Part shown: positions 1-8,746 of the stretch, piece by piece
How the letters are laid out: the number at the start of each line of letters is the position of its first letter
How positions within the stretch are numbered: the stretch's first letter is position 1
From: an archaeon
GTDB taxonomy: Archaea; Iainarchaeota; Iainarchaeia; Iainarchaeales; CSSED10-239
Assembly (NCBI GenBank): GCA_035390665.1
Contig: DAOOUC010000002.1
Span: 60,001-92,000 of the forward strand
Length of the DNA: 32,000 nt
Direction: 5' to 3'
Notes under the pieces: model-generated
What the model was told of the DNA's origin: nothing
Databases searched by the model: none
Seen by the model: the letters and a program-made list of their open reading frames with translations, nothing else
Translations under genes and position numbers: made by a program

Positions 1-2
1 TT

Positions 3-158
3 AAAACAACTGTTGCTAATTTTTTAGTTAAAGAATATATGGCTGGATATGATAAACAAGTAAAAGAATATAGGGACACAAAAAAAGTAGAAAGTGATAT
101 TGTTGCAAATGCTTATGCTAATCTTGCAATAAGAATATCATTTTTAGAAATGTTATAA
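3..158 (+). CDS. C-terminal fragment of an unidentified protein, truncated by window start
   Basis: Open frame 3 from the window edge (KTTVANFLVKEYMAGYDKQVKEYRDTKKVESDIVANAYANLAIRISFLEML*) ending TAA at 156-158; start lies outside the window. Confidence 0.5.
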   Translation, partial: KTTVANFLVKEYMAGYDKQVKEYRDTKKVESDIVANAYANLAIRISFLEML

Positions 159-212
159 AACAATAACTATTTAAATAAAACTACTCCATAATTATATTAT
201 AATACTTGTTTT

Positions 213-232
213 TAGACAAAATCTTTTGTCTA
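213..232. promoter_or_regulatory. Perfect inverted repeat upstream of the ribosomal-protein operon
   Basis: TAGACAAAA-TC-TTTTGTCTA, 9-nt perfect arms in the intergenic gap; could be a terminator hairpin of the upstream gene or an operator. Confidence 0.35.
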
Positions 233-320
233 TAAACCAGCAGAAATGCGAAAAGATTTTTTTAAATGGCTTAAAATTTTTAAGTTGTTTAAAAGAGTAT
301 AAAAAACAAAACACTTTGAG

Positions 321-887
321 GTGAATATTTTGGCAAATGTAAAAGACGTACCTGCACAAGTTATGATAGCAGAGATCGCAAAAGATTTAAAAAATAACAA
401 AAAAGTAAAAGTTCCAGATTTTGCAAAATTTGTAAAAACAGGATGTAGTAGAGAAAAAGCCCCACAAGATAGAGATTGGTGGTTTGTAAGAATGGCATCT
501 ATTCTAAGAAAAGTTGCAATTAATGATAAAACGACAGTTAATTCTTTAAGAACCTATTATGGTGGAAGAAAAAACCGAGGAGTAAAGCCAGAAGAATTTA
601 GAAAAGCTGGTGGAAAGATAATTAGAGTTTGTTTACAGGATTTAGAAAAATTAGGCCTTGTAAGTAAATCAGATGAAAAAAAAGGAAGAATAATTACTCC
701 CGTAGGTCAAAAATATCTAGATAAGATGGCAACAGAAATCTTAAAAGACTTTGATAAATATAAGATTGTTAAGAAAGAAAAAGAAATTGTTATGACAAAA
801 GAAACAAAATCTGAAAATACTTCTGAGAAATCAAAAGGAAAGAAGCCACAGAAGAAAAAAACAGAAGAAAGTGAGAGTGAAGAATAA
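321..887 (+). CDS. 30S ribosomal protein eS19 with charged C-terminal tail
   Basis: DRDWWFVRMASILRKVAI...TVNSLRTYYGGRKNRGVKPEEFRKAGGKIIRVCLQDLEKLGLV matches the eS19 family; GTG start. Confidence 0.93.
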   Translation: MNILANVKDVPAQVMIAEIAKDLKNNKKVKVPDFAKFVKTGCSREKAPQDRDWWFVRMASILRKVAINDKTTVNSLRTYYGGRKNRGVKPEEFRKAGGKIIRVCLQDLEKLGLVSKSDEKKGRIITPVGQKYLDKMATEILKDFDKYKIVKKEKEIVMTKETKSENTSEKSKGKKPQKKKTEESESEE

Positions 888-1201
888 TGGCAAGAACAAA
901 AACCAGAGAAAAGAAAGAATTTTTAATTGCTCAAAGAGATAAGGTTGGTCCAGGTTACTTAAATACTCCTGTTTGGATTATTCAAAAAGCAGGTAAAAGA
1001 ATTTGGAATAGAAGACAAAAAAGAAACTGGAAACAAACAGAATTTGGAGCAGAGTTTGAAAAATTACAATTAAAGAAGAAAGATGCTGTTTTAAAAATTA
1101 AAAGAACAAGCGGAAAGAGAGTAAAGACAGCAAGAAGAGTTGTAAAGAAAACAAGAAATACAACAGTTGTAAGAAATCCAATAAAAAAGAAGAAAAAGTG
1201 A
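887..1201 (+). CDS. 50S ribosomal protein eL39, long form with C-terminal extension
   Basis: LNTPVWIIQKAGKRIWNRRQKRNWKQTEF resembles the eL39 core; start overlaps the eS19 stop; operon context eL39-eL31-aIF6. Confidence 0.75.
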   Translation: MARTKTREKKEFLIAQRDKVGPGYLNTPVWIIQKAGKRIWNRRQKRNWKQTEFGAEFEKLQLKKKDAVLKIKRTSGKRVKTARRVVKKTRNTTVVRNPIKKKKK

Positions 1202-1213
1202 GTGTGATATTTT

Positions 1214-1648
1214 ATGCCATGTGAAAACTATATTATACCTTTACAAAAGGTATATGATAATAAACCAAGAACCAGAAGAGCAAATAATGCTATTACTGTG
1301 ATTTATGATTTCTTTAAGAAACATACAAGAAAAGACAAGAAAGACATTATTATTTCTTCAGAGGTTAATGAATATATTTGGCAAAATAGTATTCAAAACC
1401 CTCCAAGAAAAGTTGCAGTTAGTATTAAGATAGATAACGGAAAGGTCTATGTCTTTTTAAAAGACTCTAAAGCTTTTAAGGAATTTGGCAAAGCTCCTGA
1501 GAAAAAAGAAAAGATTTCAAAAGCAAAAACAACAGAAGAAACAAAACCAGTAGCTGAAAAAAAAGAAGAAAAAGCAGTAACTGAAAAGAAAGAATCAAAA
1601 CCTGTTGTAGAAAAGAAAGAAACAAAACCTAAAGTAAAAAAGGAATAG
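1214..1648 (+). CDS. 50S ribosomal protein eL31 with Lys/Glu/Pro-rich tail
   Basis: YIIPLQKVYDNKPRTRRANNAITVIYDFFKKHTRKD...VNEYIWQNSIQNPPRKVAVSIKID is eL31-like; operon position. Confidence 0.9.
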   Translation: MPCENYIIPLQKVYDNKPRTRRANNAITVIYDFFKKHTRKDKKDIIISSEVNEYIWQNSIQNPPRKVAVSIKIDNGKVYVFLKDSKAFKEFGKAPEKKEKISKAKTTEETKPVAEKKEEKAVTEKKESKPVVEKKETKPKVKKE

Positions 1649-1650
1649 AA

Positions 1651-2322
1651 ATGAAATTTGATAGATCTACAATTTACAATTCTTCTTTTTTAAATATTTA
1701 TGCATATTGTACAGAGAAGATTTGTGTTGTACCAAATAGTATTCTTCCAAAAGAAGAAAGAAAGATTGAAGAAATTCTAGATGTAAAAGTTGTTAAAACA
1801 CATATCAATCGTTCTTCTCTTATTGGAGTTTATCTTTCTGGTGTTGGAAATAAAGTTATTGTAGAAAAAAATAGCATCTATCCTGAAGAAATAGAAATTC
1901 TGGAAAAAGAAGGAATAAAAGTTAAAACATTAAGTAATCCAGATAATGCTTTTGGTAATCTTCTAGCTATTAATTCAAATTATGGTTTTGCAAGTCCTTT
2001 GCTCTTGCCTGAGACAGTTAAAGAGATTCAGAAGTTTTTTAATATCACAATTGAAAAAAAAGCATGTGCTGGGTTAGATCTTCCTGGAAGTTCTATCTAT
2101 GTTAATGATTCTTTATTTTTGATTAACCCAAGAGTTGAGTTAAAAGAATTTAATTATATTAAGAAGATGTTTAATGTTCCAGGACTTGCAATAACCACAA
2201 ATTACGGAGATGTTTTTGTTGGTAATGATACTATTGGAAATAAACAAGGGTTATTAGTTGGGGAAATTACAAGTAATATTGAGATGACTAAGATTGATGA
2301 TCTTGTGTTAGACATTAAATGA
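1651..2322 (+). CDS. eif6: Translation initiation factor aIF6
   Basis: 223 aa with aIF6-type repeats (FDRSTIYNSSFLNIYAYCTEKICVVPNSI...NAFGNLLAINSNYGFASPLL...GVNPxAC-like segments); adjacent to eL31 as in many archaea. Confidence 0.93.
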   Translation: MKFDRSTIYNSSFLNIYAYCTEKICVVPNSILPKEERKIEEILDVKVVKTHINRSSLIGVYLSGVGNKVIVEKNSIYPEEIEILEKEGIKVKTLSNPDNAFGNLLAINSNYGFASPLLLPETVKEIQKFFNITIEKKACAGLDLPGSSIYVNDSLFLINPRVELKEFNYIKKMFNVPGLAITTNYGDVFVGNDTIGNKQGLLVGEITSNIEMTKIDDLVLDIK

Positions 2323-2334
2323 GGTGTTAGGAAT

Positions 2335-2817
2335 ATGAGTAAAATTGTTAAATCTGATGAAAAAGCAAAAGTTACAAAAACAGTAAAATTAGATAAAAAT
2401 CAAACAGTTAAGTTATATCAAAATAAAGAAAAAGAATTACAAGGAATAACACAAAGAGTTGAACAAATTGAAGGAATATTAACTGAAATGTTAAAAGCAG
2501 AAACATCTCTTAAAGCAATAGAAAAAATAAAAACTAAAGAGAAGATACTTGTTAATATTGGCGCAGGTATTATGCTTGAATGCGAAGTAACAAATAAATC
2601 TCCAGTAAAAGTTATGCTTCCTGGACAAATTATGAATGAAAAATCAGCTAAAGATGTACTTGCTGATATTGACAAAAGAAGAAAAGAATTAGAAGAAGCA
2701 AGAAACAAATTAATACAATCATATAACCAAACAGCACAAATGCTTGATCAAATATCAAAAGCATTTAGAGAGATGCAATTAAAAGAATCACAAAAGCAAG
2801 CTTCTCCAACCATCTAA
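2335..2817 (+). CDS. pfdA: Prefoldin subunit alpha
   Basis: 160 aa with coiled-coil, central beta-hairpin segment (KILVNIGAGIMLECEV...) and second coiled-coil; sits between aIF6 and ftsY. Confidence 0.8.
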   Translation: MSKIVKSDEKAKVTKTVKLDKNQTVKLYQNKEKELQGITQRVEQIEGILTEMLKAETSLKAIEKIKTKEKILVNIGAGIMLECEVTNKSPVKVMLPGQIMNEKSAKDVLADIDKRRKELEEARNKLIQSYNQTAQMLDQISKAFREMQLKESQKQASPTI

Positions 2818-2854
2818 ATCTTTTTTCTAATTTTTTAAAAAAAGGTAATTAGAA

Positions 2855-4345
2855 ATGTTTGATTTATTAAAAAATAAATTTAAGAATTTTACAGATAAAA
2901 TCTTTGGAAAAGCCAAAGAAAAAGCCGAAGAAGAACCAGAACAATCACAAACAATAGAAGAACCTTTAGCACAAGAGCCAATTTCAGAAACAAAGAACCT
3001 TCCAGAAGTTGAAACTATTTCTGTTCCAGAAGTTGAAGAACCAAAAGAAGTTTTTGTTGAAGTTAAAGAAGAACAAAAAGAAAGCACACTAAATCTTGGA
3101 CAACCAGAAATTCCAATTGAAGAATCAATTATTGAAGAACCAAAATTAGTAGTTACAGAATCAGAACCAAAGAAAGAGCATCATTCTATTTTTGAAATCT
3201 TTAAACCAAAAACTAAGCCTCAGCCGACAGTTGTTGAGCGTCCAATAATTAAAAAAGAAATTGAAAGAGCTGTTCCAACACCAAGAGCAGAAATCAGGCC
3301 AACACCTGTTGAATCAGCTAAACCAATTGAAGAAATAAAAGTCCCAAAAATAGAGGAAAGACCAGTTCCAAAAGAACAACCAACACCACCATTGCGCGCG
3401 AGCCCGAGCGAAACCGGCTCTTCTGAAGACCTCACAGTTAAAAAATCAACAGAGATAAAAAAGTCTTTTATTACTTCTGTTAAAAGTATTTTTACAAGCA
3501 AAGTAAAACTTTCAGATAAAGAAATTTCTGAATTTCTAGAAGAGTTTGAATTATCTTTACTTGAAGCAGATGTTTCAATAGTTTCTGCAGAGAATATTTG
3601 TAAAGATTTAAAAGAAAAACTAGTTTCTGCAAGTTTTTCTAAAGATAATCCACTTGAAGATATTAAAGTCCATATAAGAGAGTCACTAAAGACACAACTA
3701 GACATTGATTGTGATATTAATAATTATATAACAAAGACTAAAAAAGAAAATCAACCATTTATTATAATGTTTATTGGCCCAAATGGGGCAGGTAAGACAA
3801 CTACAATTTCTAAGTTTGCTTATCACTATAAAACACAAAACAAATCTGTAGTTCTAGCATCAGGAGACACCTTTAGAGCAGGAAGCATTGACCAGCTTGA
3901 AAAGCACGCTAATACTATTGGTGTTAAAATTGTTAAACAAAACTATGGTTCAGACCCTGCTGCAGTTGCCTATGATGCAGTGACTTCTGCAAAATCAAAT
4001 AAAATTGATTATGTGTTTATTGATACTGCAGGAAGACAAGAAAATAATATCAATCTAATGCAAGAGCTTAAAAAAATTAAAAAAGTAGTTAATCCAAATC
4101 TAACAATCTATATTGGAGAAGCACAAGCAGGTCAAGCAATTGTTGATCAAGTGTCTGGTTTTGAAAAAGAGATAGGTGTTGATGGTGTTATATTAACAAA
4201 GATAGACACAGATCCGAAAGGTGGAGTTGCAATCTCAATTTTAAACGAACTTAAAAAACCAATATTTTATGTTGGAACAGGCCAGACTTATGAAGATTTA
4301 GAAGTCTTTTCTCCAGAGTTTATAATTGATAGAATAGTAATTTAA
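2855..4345 (+). CDS. ftsY: Signal recognition particle receptor FtsY
   Basis: GPNGAGKTTTISKFAYHY, DTFRAGSIDQLEKHA, DTAGRQENNINLMQELKKI, TKIDTDPKGGVAISI NG-domain motifs; acidic Pro/Glu-rich N-terminal region. Confidence 0.96.
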   Translation: MFDLLKNKFKNFTDKIFGKAKEKAEEEPEQSQTIEEPLAQEPISETKNLPEVETISVPEVEEPKEVFVEVKEEQKESTLNLGQPEIPIEESIIEEPKLVVTESEPKKEHHSIFEIFKPKTKPQPTVVERPIIKKEIERAVPTPRAEIRPTPVESAKPIEEIKVPKIEERPVPKEQPTPPLRASPSETGSSEDLTVKKSTEIKKSFITSVKSIFTSKVKLSDKEISEFLEEFELSLLEADVSIVSAENICKDLKEKLVSASFSKDNPLEDIKVHIRESLKTQLDIDCDINNYITKTKKENQPFIIMFIGPNGAGKTTTISKFAYHYKTQNKSVVLASGDTFRAGSIDQLEKHANTIGVKIVKQNYGSDPAAVAYDAVTSAKSNKIDYVFIDTAGRQENNINLMQELKKIKKVVNPNLTIYIGEAQAGQAIVDQVSGFEKEIGVDGVILTKIDTDPKGGVAISILNELKKPIFYVGTGQTYEDLEVFSPEFIIDRIVI

Positions 4346-4350
4346 TAACG

Positions 4351-4557
4351 GTGAAAATTATGAAAAAAATAATAATATTAGGATTGATTTTAGGACTTAT
4401 TGTTTCTGGAATCTTTCTTGAAAATATAATAGACAATAAAGAGCAAAAAACAATAGAAACAACAGAACCAATATTTTTATCAGGAAAAGGCTGCAGAGCT
4501 TCTACAGTTTTTTTAAGAAATTCAAGTGGTACTACAAAGGTTCTTATTCTAAAATAG
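4351..4557 (+). CDS. Small predicted membrane-anchored protein, 68 aa
   Basis: ORF with N-terminal hydrophobic segment (KKIIILGLILGLIVSGIFLENII) immediately after ftsY; no recognisable family. Confidence 0.5.
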   Translation: MKIMKKIIILGLILGLIVSGIFLENIIDNKEQKTIETTEPIFLSGKGCRASTVFLRNSSGTTKVLILK

Positions 4558-4626
4558 TTTTTCCAGAAATGTTTATATTCTATTTGTTTCTTTAATATAT
4601 ACTAAAATATATTTTATTGATTAATT

Positions 4627-6054
4627 ATGGGTTTTGGAGATAAACTAAGAGATGCACTTGATAAAGTCAAACATTCAATGCATGTCGATAAGGACTTGAT
4701 TAAGGAAGTCATTAAAGAAATTCAAAGAGCATTAATATCTTCAGATGTAAATATACAACTAGTTCTAAATATATCAAAAGAGATTGAAGAAAAAGCTTTT
4801 GTTGAAATCCCAAGTGGAATAACAAGAAAAGAGCACATTGTTAGATTATGTTATGAGACTCTTCTCAAATACATGGGTGGAGAAGTTAAAACTACTTTAC
4901 CAGAAAACCCAGAAACAATTCTTCTTTGTGGGTTGTTTGGTTCAGGAAAAACAACAACAGCAGCAAAACTTGCAAAGTTCTATAAGAAAAGAGGACTAAA
5001 AGTTGGTCTTATCTGTGCAGATACTTTTAGACCAGCAGCTTATGAACAATTAAAACAATTAAGTGATATGGTTGGTGTTGCTTTCTATGGTAACCCAAAA
5101 GAAACTTCTGCTCAAAAGGTAACAAAACAAGGAATTGATTTACATAAGAAGAACGGATGTAATTTAATAATTGTGGATTCAGCAGGAAGAAGTGCTTTAG
5201 ATGATGAACTTGTTACTGAGATTAAAGAGATTGATGAGGTGTTTAATCCAAAGTTTTCTTTCTTAGTAATTTCAGCAGACATTGGCCAAGCAGTTAAAGA
5301 CCAAGCAACTGCTTTTAATAATGCTATAGGAGTTAACGGAGTCATTATTACAAAGCTTGATGGTTCAGCAAAAGGCGGTGGAGCATTAACTGCTTGTTAT
5401 ATCACAAAATCTCCAGTGTATTTCATAGGAACAGGAGAAAAAGCAGATGATTTTGAAATCTTTGATTCTAATAGATATCTTTCAAGAGTTTTAGGATTTG
5501 GAGATCTTGAAAGCTTAATGGAAAAAATTTCTGAAGCAACAACAGAAGAAGAGATGGAAAAAATTAAGGATTTAAATCCTGAAGATATCTTAAAAGGAAA
5601 TGTAACTTTTGGTTTGTTTAAGCAGCAATTAGAGTTTTCTAAAAAACTTGGACCACTAACAAAGGTTATGGGATTTTTAGGTGTAGGAAATAAACTTTCT
5701 GCTGAGCAACAGAACTTAGGCGAGAAGAAGATGGCAAAATACAGAGCGATTCTTTCTTCTATGACAAAATTAGAATTACAGAACGGTCCTGATTTTTTAA
5801 CACGTTCAAGAATGGACAGAATCTCAAAAGGTTCTGGAACAAAACTAGAAGATGTTAAAGAACTTTGTTCTCATGTTAAAAAAATGAAAAAAATGTTTAA
5901 AGGAATGGATGCAAAAAAGATGGAAGGAATGGCAAAGCAATTCCAGGGAAAAGACGGAGATATTGATCCAAATAATCTCGACATGTCAAAGATAAATATG
6001 AATCAATTTGCAAATATGAAAGGAATGAAAAAACAAAAATTAAAGTTTAGATAG
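4627..6054 (+). CDS. srp54: Signal recognition particle 54 kDa protein
   Basis: GLFGSGKTTTAAKLAKFYKKRG, DTFRPAAYEQLKQL, DSAGRSALDDELVTEI, TKLDGSAKGGGAL motifs and Met-rich M domain. Confidence 0.97.
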   Translation: MGFGDKLRDALDKVKHSMHVDKDLIKEVIKEIQRALISSDVNIQLVLNISKEIEEKAFVEIPSGITRKEHIVRLCYETLLKYMGGEVKTTLPENPETILLCGLFGSGKTTTAAKLAKFYKKRGLKVGLICADTFRPAAYEQLKQLSDMVGVAFYGNPKETSAQKVTKQGIDLHKKNGCNLIIVDSAGRSALDDELVTEIKEIDEVFNPKFSFLVISADIGQAVKDQATAFNNAIGVNGVIITKLDGSAKGGGALTACYITKSPVYFIGTGEKADDFEIFDSNRYLSRVLGFGDLESLMEKISEATTEEEMEKIKDLNPEDILKGNVTFGLFKQQLEFSKKLGPLTKVMGFLGVGNKLSAEQQNLGEKKMAKYRAILSSMTKLELQNGPDFLTRSRMDRISKGSGTKLEDVKELCSHVKKMKKMFKGMDAKKMEGMAKQFQGKDGDIDPNNLDMSKINMNQFANMKGMKKQKLKFR

Positions 6055-6059
6055 ATGGG

Positions 6060-6893
6060 ATGAAAATGTTTGATACAATATTTATTATAAGGATTATTTT
6101 ATTATTACTTGCTTGTGGCCTTGCTGCTTATTATGATAATAAGACAGGTTACATCTATGACTGGATAAGTCTTCCATTAATTGCAATTGGTCTAATTATT
6201 AATATTTTTACTTTCTATTGGCTTGATGTCTTGTCAATTCTTTTGATTGCTTTAGTAATCTATATTTTTGGTTATATTGCTTATTATTATGGAAAGATTG
6301 GTGGCGGAGATATTAAATTGTTTATAGGAATACATATGATTCTTCCATATCTTATTGGACAACTATTTATTTTGTGGGTAATTATTGCTTCTTCTCTTTT
6401 ATCTGTGTTGTTTGTTTCAGTAACTTATATAATTAAACTATATGGCAAAATTAAAATTACAAAAGATTTGATAAAAAAAAAGAAATGGAAAATAGTTCAA
6501 TCTATTTTTTTCTTTGTATTCTTTTTAGCATTGTGTTTATATGCTGTTTCAATAGAAGGCCTTCCATCTTTAGTTTATTTAACAATTCCTCCAATGTTTT
6601 TTGGTTGTATTGTTATGATTTTAGAAGATGAGATTAAAGAATATATTTACTTAAGAAGAAAACCAATCTCAAAGCTTGAAGAAGGCGATGTTTTAGCAAT
6701 AGAGTTTTGTAATAAAGAACTATTAAAAGAAACAGGTCTAGAAAAAAGAGCAGTTCTAGAAAAAGAAGACATTGATTTACTTAAGAAATTAAAATATAAA
6801 TCCATTCCTATATATGATTATCTTCCAAGATTTGGAATCTATATTCTTCTTGGAGTAATTTCTATTTTGATTTTTAATATATTCATTATATGA
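6060..6893 (+). CDS. A24-family prepilin/preflagellin peptidase
   Basis: Multipass protein with AAYYDNKTGYIYDW near the N-terminus and the second catalytic motif GGGDIKLFIGI (GxGD protease). Confidence 0.85.
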   Translation: MKMFDTIFIIRIILLLLACGLAAYYDNKTGYIYDWISLPLIAIGLIINIFTFYWLDVLSILLIALVIYIFGYIAYYYGKIGGGDIKLFIGIHMILPYLIGQLFILWVIIASSLLSVLFVSVTYIIKLYGKIKITKDLIKKKKWKIVQSIFFFVFFLALCLYAVSIEGLPSLVYLTIPPMFFGCIVMILEDEIKEYIYLRRKPISKLEEGDVLAIEFCNKELLKETGLEKRAVLEKEDIDLLKKLKYKSIPIYDYLPRFGIYILLGVISILIFNIFII

Positions 6894-6931
6894 TACATTA
6901 TTTCTTGGACAAAATTGGAGAAAATTAACTC

Positions 6932-8032
6932 ATGTTTAAAATAACAAATGAATCCAAAATCGCAAGATGTGGAGAGTTCAAGACAAGTCACGGCAAGATT
7001 AAGACTCCTTTCTATATGCCTGTTGTCACTAAAGGCGCAGGAAAGTTTTTAACTTTTAATTCTTTAGAGAATGTTAAGACACAGTGTTTTATCTCAAATG
7101 CTTATCTTCTTTATTTAAAGCCAGGGCTTGAGACAATCAAGAAAGCAAATGGTTATCACAACTTTATAAATTGGCAAAAGCCAATTTTTACAGATTCTGG
7201 TGGTTTTCAATTACTTGATCCTGAGTTTTTAATATCCTTAAACGATAAAGGTGTAAAGTTTAGATCTCCATTCTCTGGAGAAACTCATTTTATTTCTCCT
7301 GAAAAATTAATGGAAAATCAAAACATTATTGGTTCTGATATTGCTATGGTTCTTGATCATGTACTTGGTCCAGATCATAACAAAAAAGAATTTGCGGATG
7401 CAACAACAAGAACAATTGCTTGGGCCAAGCGTTGCCTTGACAATCATAAGAATAAAAATCAGAAAGTTTTTGGTATTGTTCAAGGTGGAACATATAAAGA
7501 TTTAAGAAAAGAGTGTGCATTAAAGATTAACGACATGGACTTTGATGGTCTTGCTATTGGTGGATTAGCCATTGGTGAAGAAAAAGAAAAGATGTACAAA
7601 GCTATTGATTATTCTTTAGAGTATCTTGACAAAGATAAGATAAAATATTTAATGGGTGTTGGTTCTCCAGAAGACATGATTATTTCAATTGGTAAAGGAG
7701 TTGATTGTTTTGATTCAATTTATCCAACAAAGATGGCAAGACACGGAGTAATCTTTACAAGAAACGGAGTTTTAAAGATTGGTAAAAGTTATAATGCTCA
7801 CATCTTCAAACCAATAGAAAAAGAATGCGATTGTTATGCTTGTAAGCACCACACCATTGCTTATCTTCATCATCTTTATAGATTAAACGAAGCAGCTGCA
7901 AAGATTCTTCTTTCAGAGCACAATGTTAGATTTCTTCATCGTTTGATGGAAGATGCAAGGAGTGCAATAGAAGAAGGAACCTTTGAGAAGTTTCAAAAGG
8001 ATTTTTTAAAAAACTATTTGAAGAATAAATAA
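6932..8032 (+). CDS. tgt: tRNA-guanine transglycosylase, short bacterial-like form
   Basis: PIFTDSGGFQLL, GLAIGGLAIGE, DCFDSIYPTKMARHG, CDCYACKHHTIAYLHHLYRLNEAAAKILLSEHNVRFLHRLMEDARSAIEEGTF; 366 aa and no C-terminal PUA-containing extension. Confidence 0.93.
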   Translation: MFKITNESKIARCGEFKTSHGKIKTPFYMPVVTKGAGKFLTFNSLENVKTQCFISNAYLLYLKPGLETIKKANGYHNFINWQKPIFTDSGGFQLLDPEFLISLNDKGVKFRSPFSGETHFISPEKLMENQNIIGSDIAMVLDHVLGPDHNKKEFADATTRTIAWAKRCLDNHKNKNQKVFGIVQGGTYKDLRKECALKINDMDFDGLAIGGLAIGEEKEKMYKAIDYSLEYLDKDKIKYLMGVGSPEDMIISIGKGVDCFDSIYPTKMARHGVIFTRNGVLKIGKSYNAHIFKPIEKECDCYACKHHTIAYLHHLYRLNEAAAKILLSEHNVRFLHRLMEDARSAIEEGTFEKFQKDFLKNYLKNK

Positions 8033-8722
8033 TTAAATCAATCCTTTTTCTCTAAAGCTAAAGGTTTCTTTTTCTGATATTATTATATGATCAAGAAGTT
8101 GTATATCCATTAATTTAGCTGCCTTTTTTAAGATGTCTGTTGCTTGTTTGTCATCCATGGATGGTTCACAGATGCCGCTAGGATGATTATGAGCAATAAT
8201 TATTCCATCTGCTCCTCTTCTCATAGCTTCAAGAACAATGTCTTTGGAAGAGATTAGTGTCTGGTTACTTGTTCCTGTTGTAATTACCTTATAATCAATA
8301 ACATCATTTCTGTGTGTTAAAAAAACAGCAACTAATTTTTCATGTGTTACTCCAAAAAAAACAGGGAATAACAGATTATAAACATCAGTTGGGCAAACAA
8401 TCTTTGTTTTCTCTTCCGGACTTTTAAGTGTTCTAATTTCTTGACTTAAAATTCTTTTAGATATTTCAAAAACAGCTTTAATTTGACAAGCTTTGATTTT
8501 TCCTATTCCTTTTATTTTTTGTAATTCCGTAATAGATACATCGCCAATATCTCTAAGCTGAAATCTTGAAAAAATTTCTTGACAAATATTTAAAACATTA
8601 TTTTCCTTAGTTCCAGTTTTAATAACAAGAGCCAAAAGTTCAGCTTGAGATAAACTTTCTGCTCCAAAAGTCTGTAGTCTTTCAAGTGGTCTATTTTCAA
8701 TTGACATTTCTTTTATTTTCAT
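8033..8722 (-). CDS. radC: RadC-family JAB/MPN domain protein
   Basis: N-terminal HhH (ITELQKIKGIGKIKACQIKAVFEI) and C-terminal AHNHPSGICEPSMDD metal-binding motif. Confidence 0.95.
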   Translation of the reverse strand: MKIKEMSIENRPLERLQTFGAESLSQAELLALVIKTGTKENNVLNICQEIFSRFQLRDIGDVSITELQKIKGIGKIKACQIKAVFEISKRILSQEIRTLKSPEEKTKIVCPTDVYNLLFPVFFGVTHEKLVAVFLTHRNDVIDYKVITTGTSNQTLISSKDIVLEAMRRGADGIIIAHNHPSGICEPSMDDKQATDILKKAAKLMDIQLLDHIIISEKETFSFREKGLI

Positions 8723-8746
8723 AATCGTTTCCTTATATTAGTTGAT

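Noticed and set aside
2827-3705. Antisense ORFs 2827..3087 and 3220..3705 opposite ftsY, and 2418..2708 opposite pfdA
   Set aside because: Mirror composition of the Glu/Pro/Lys-rich sense genes, which are confidently identified.
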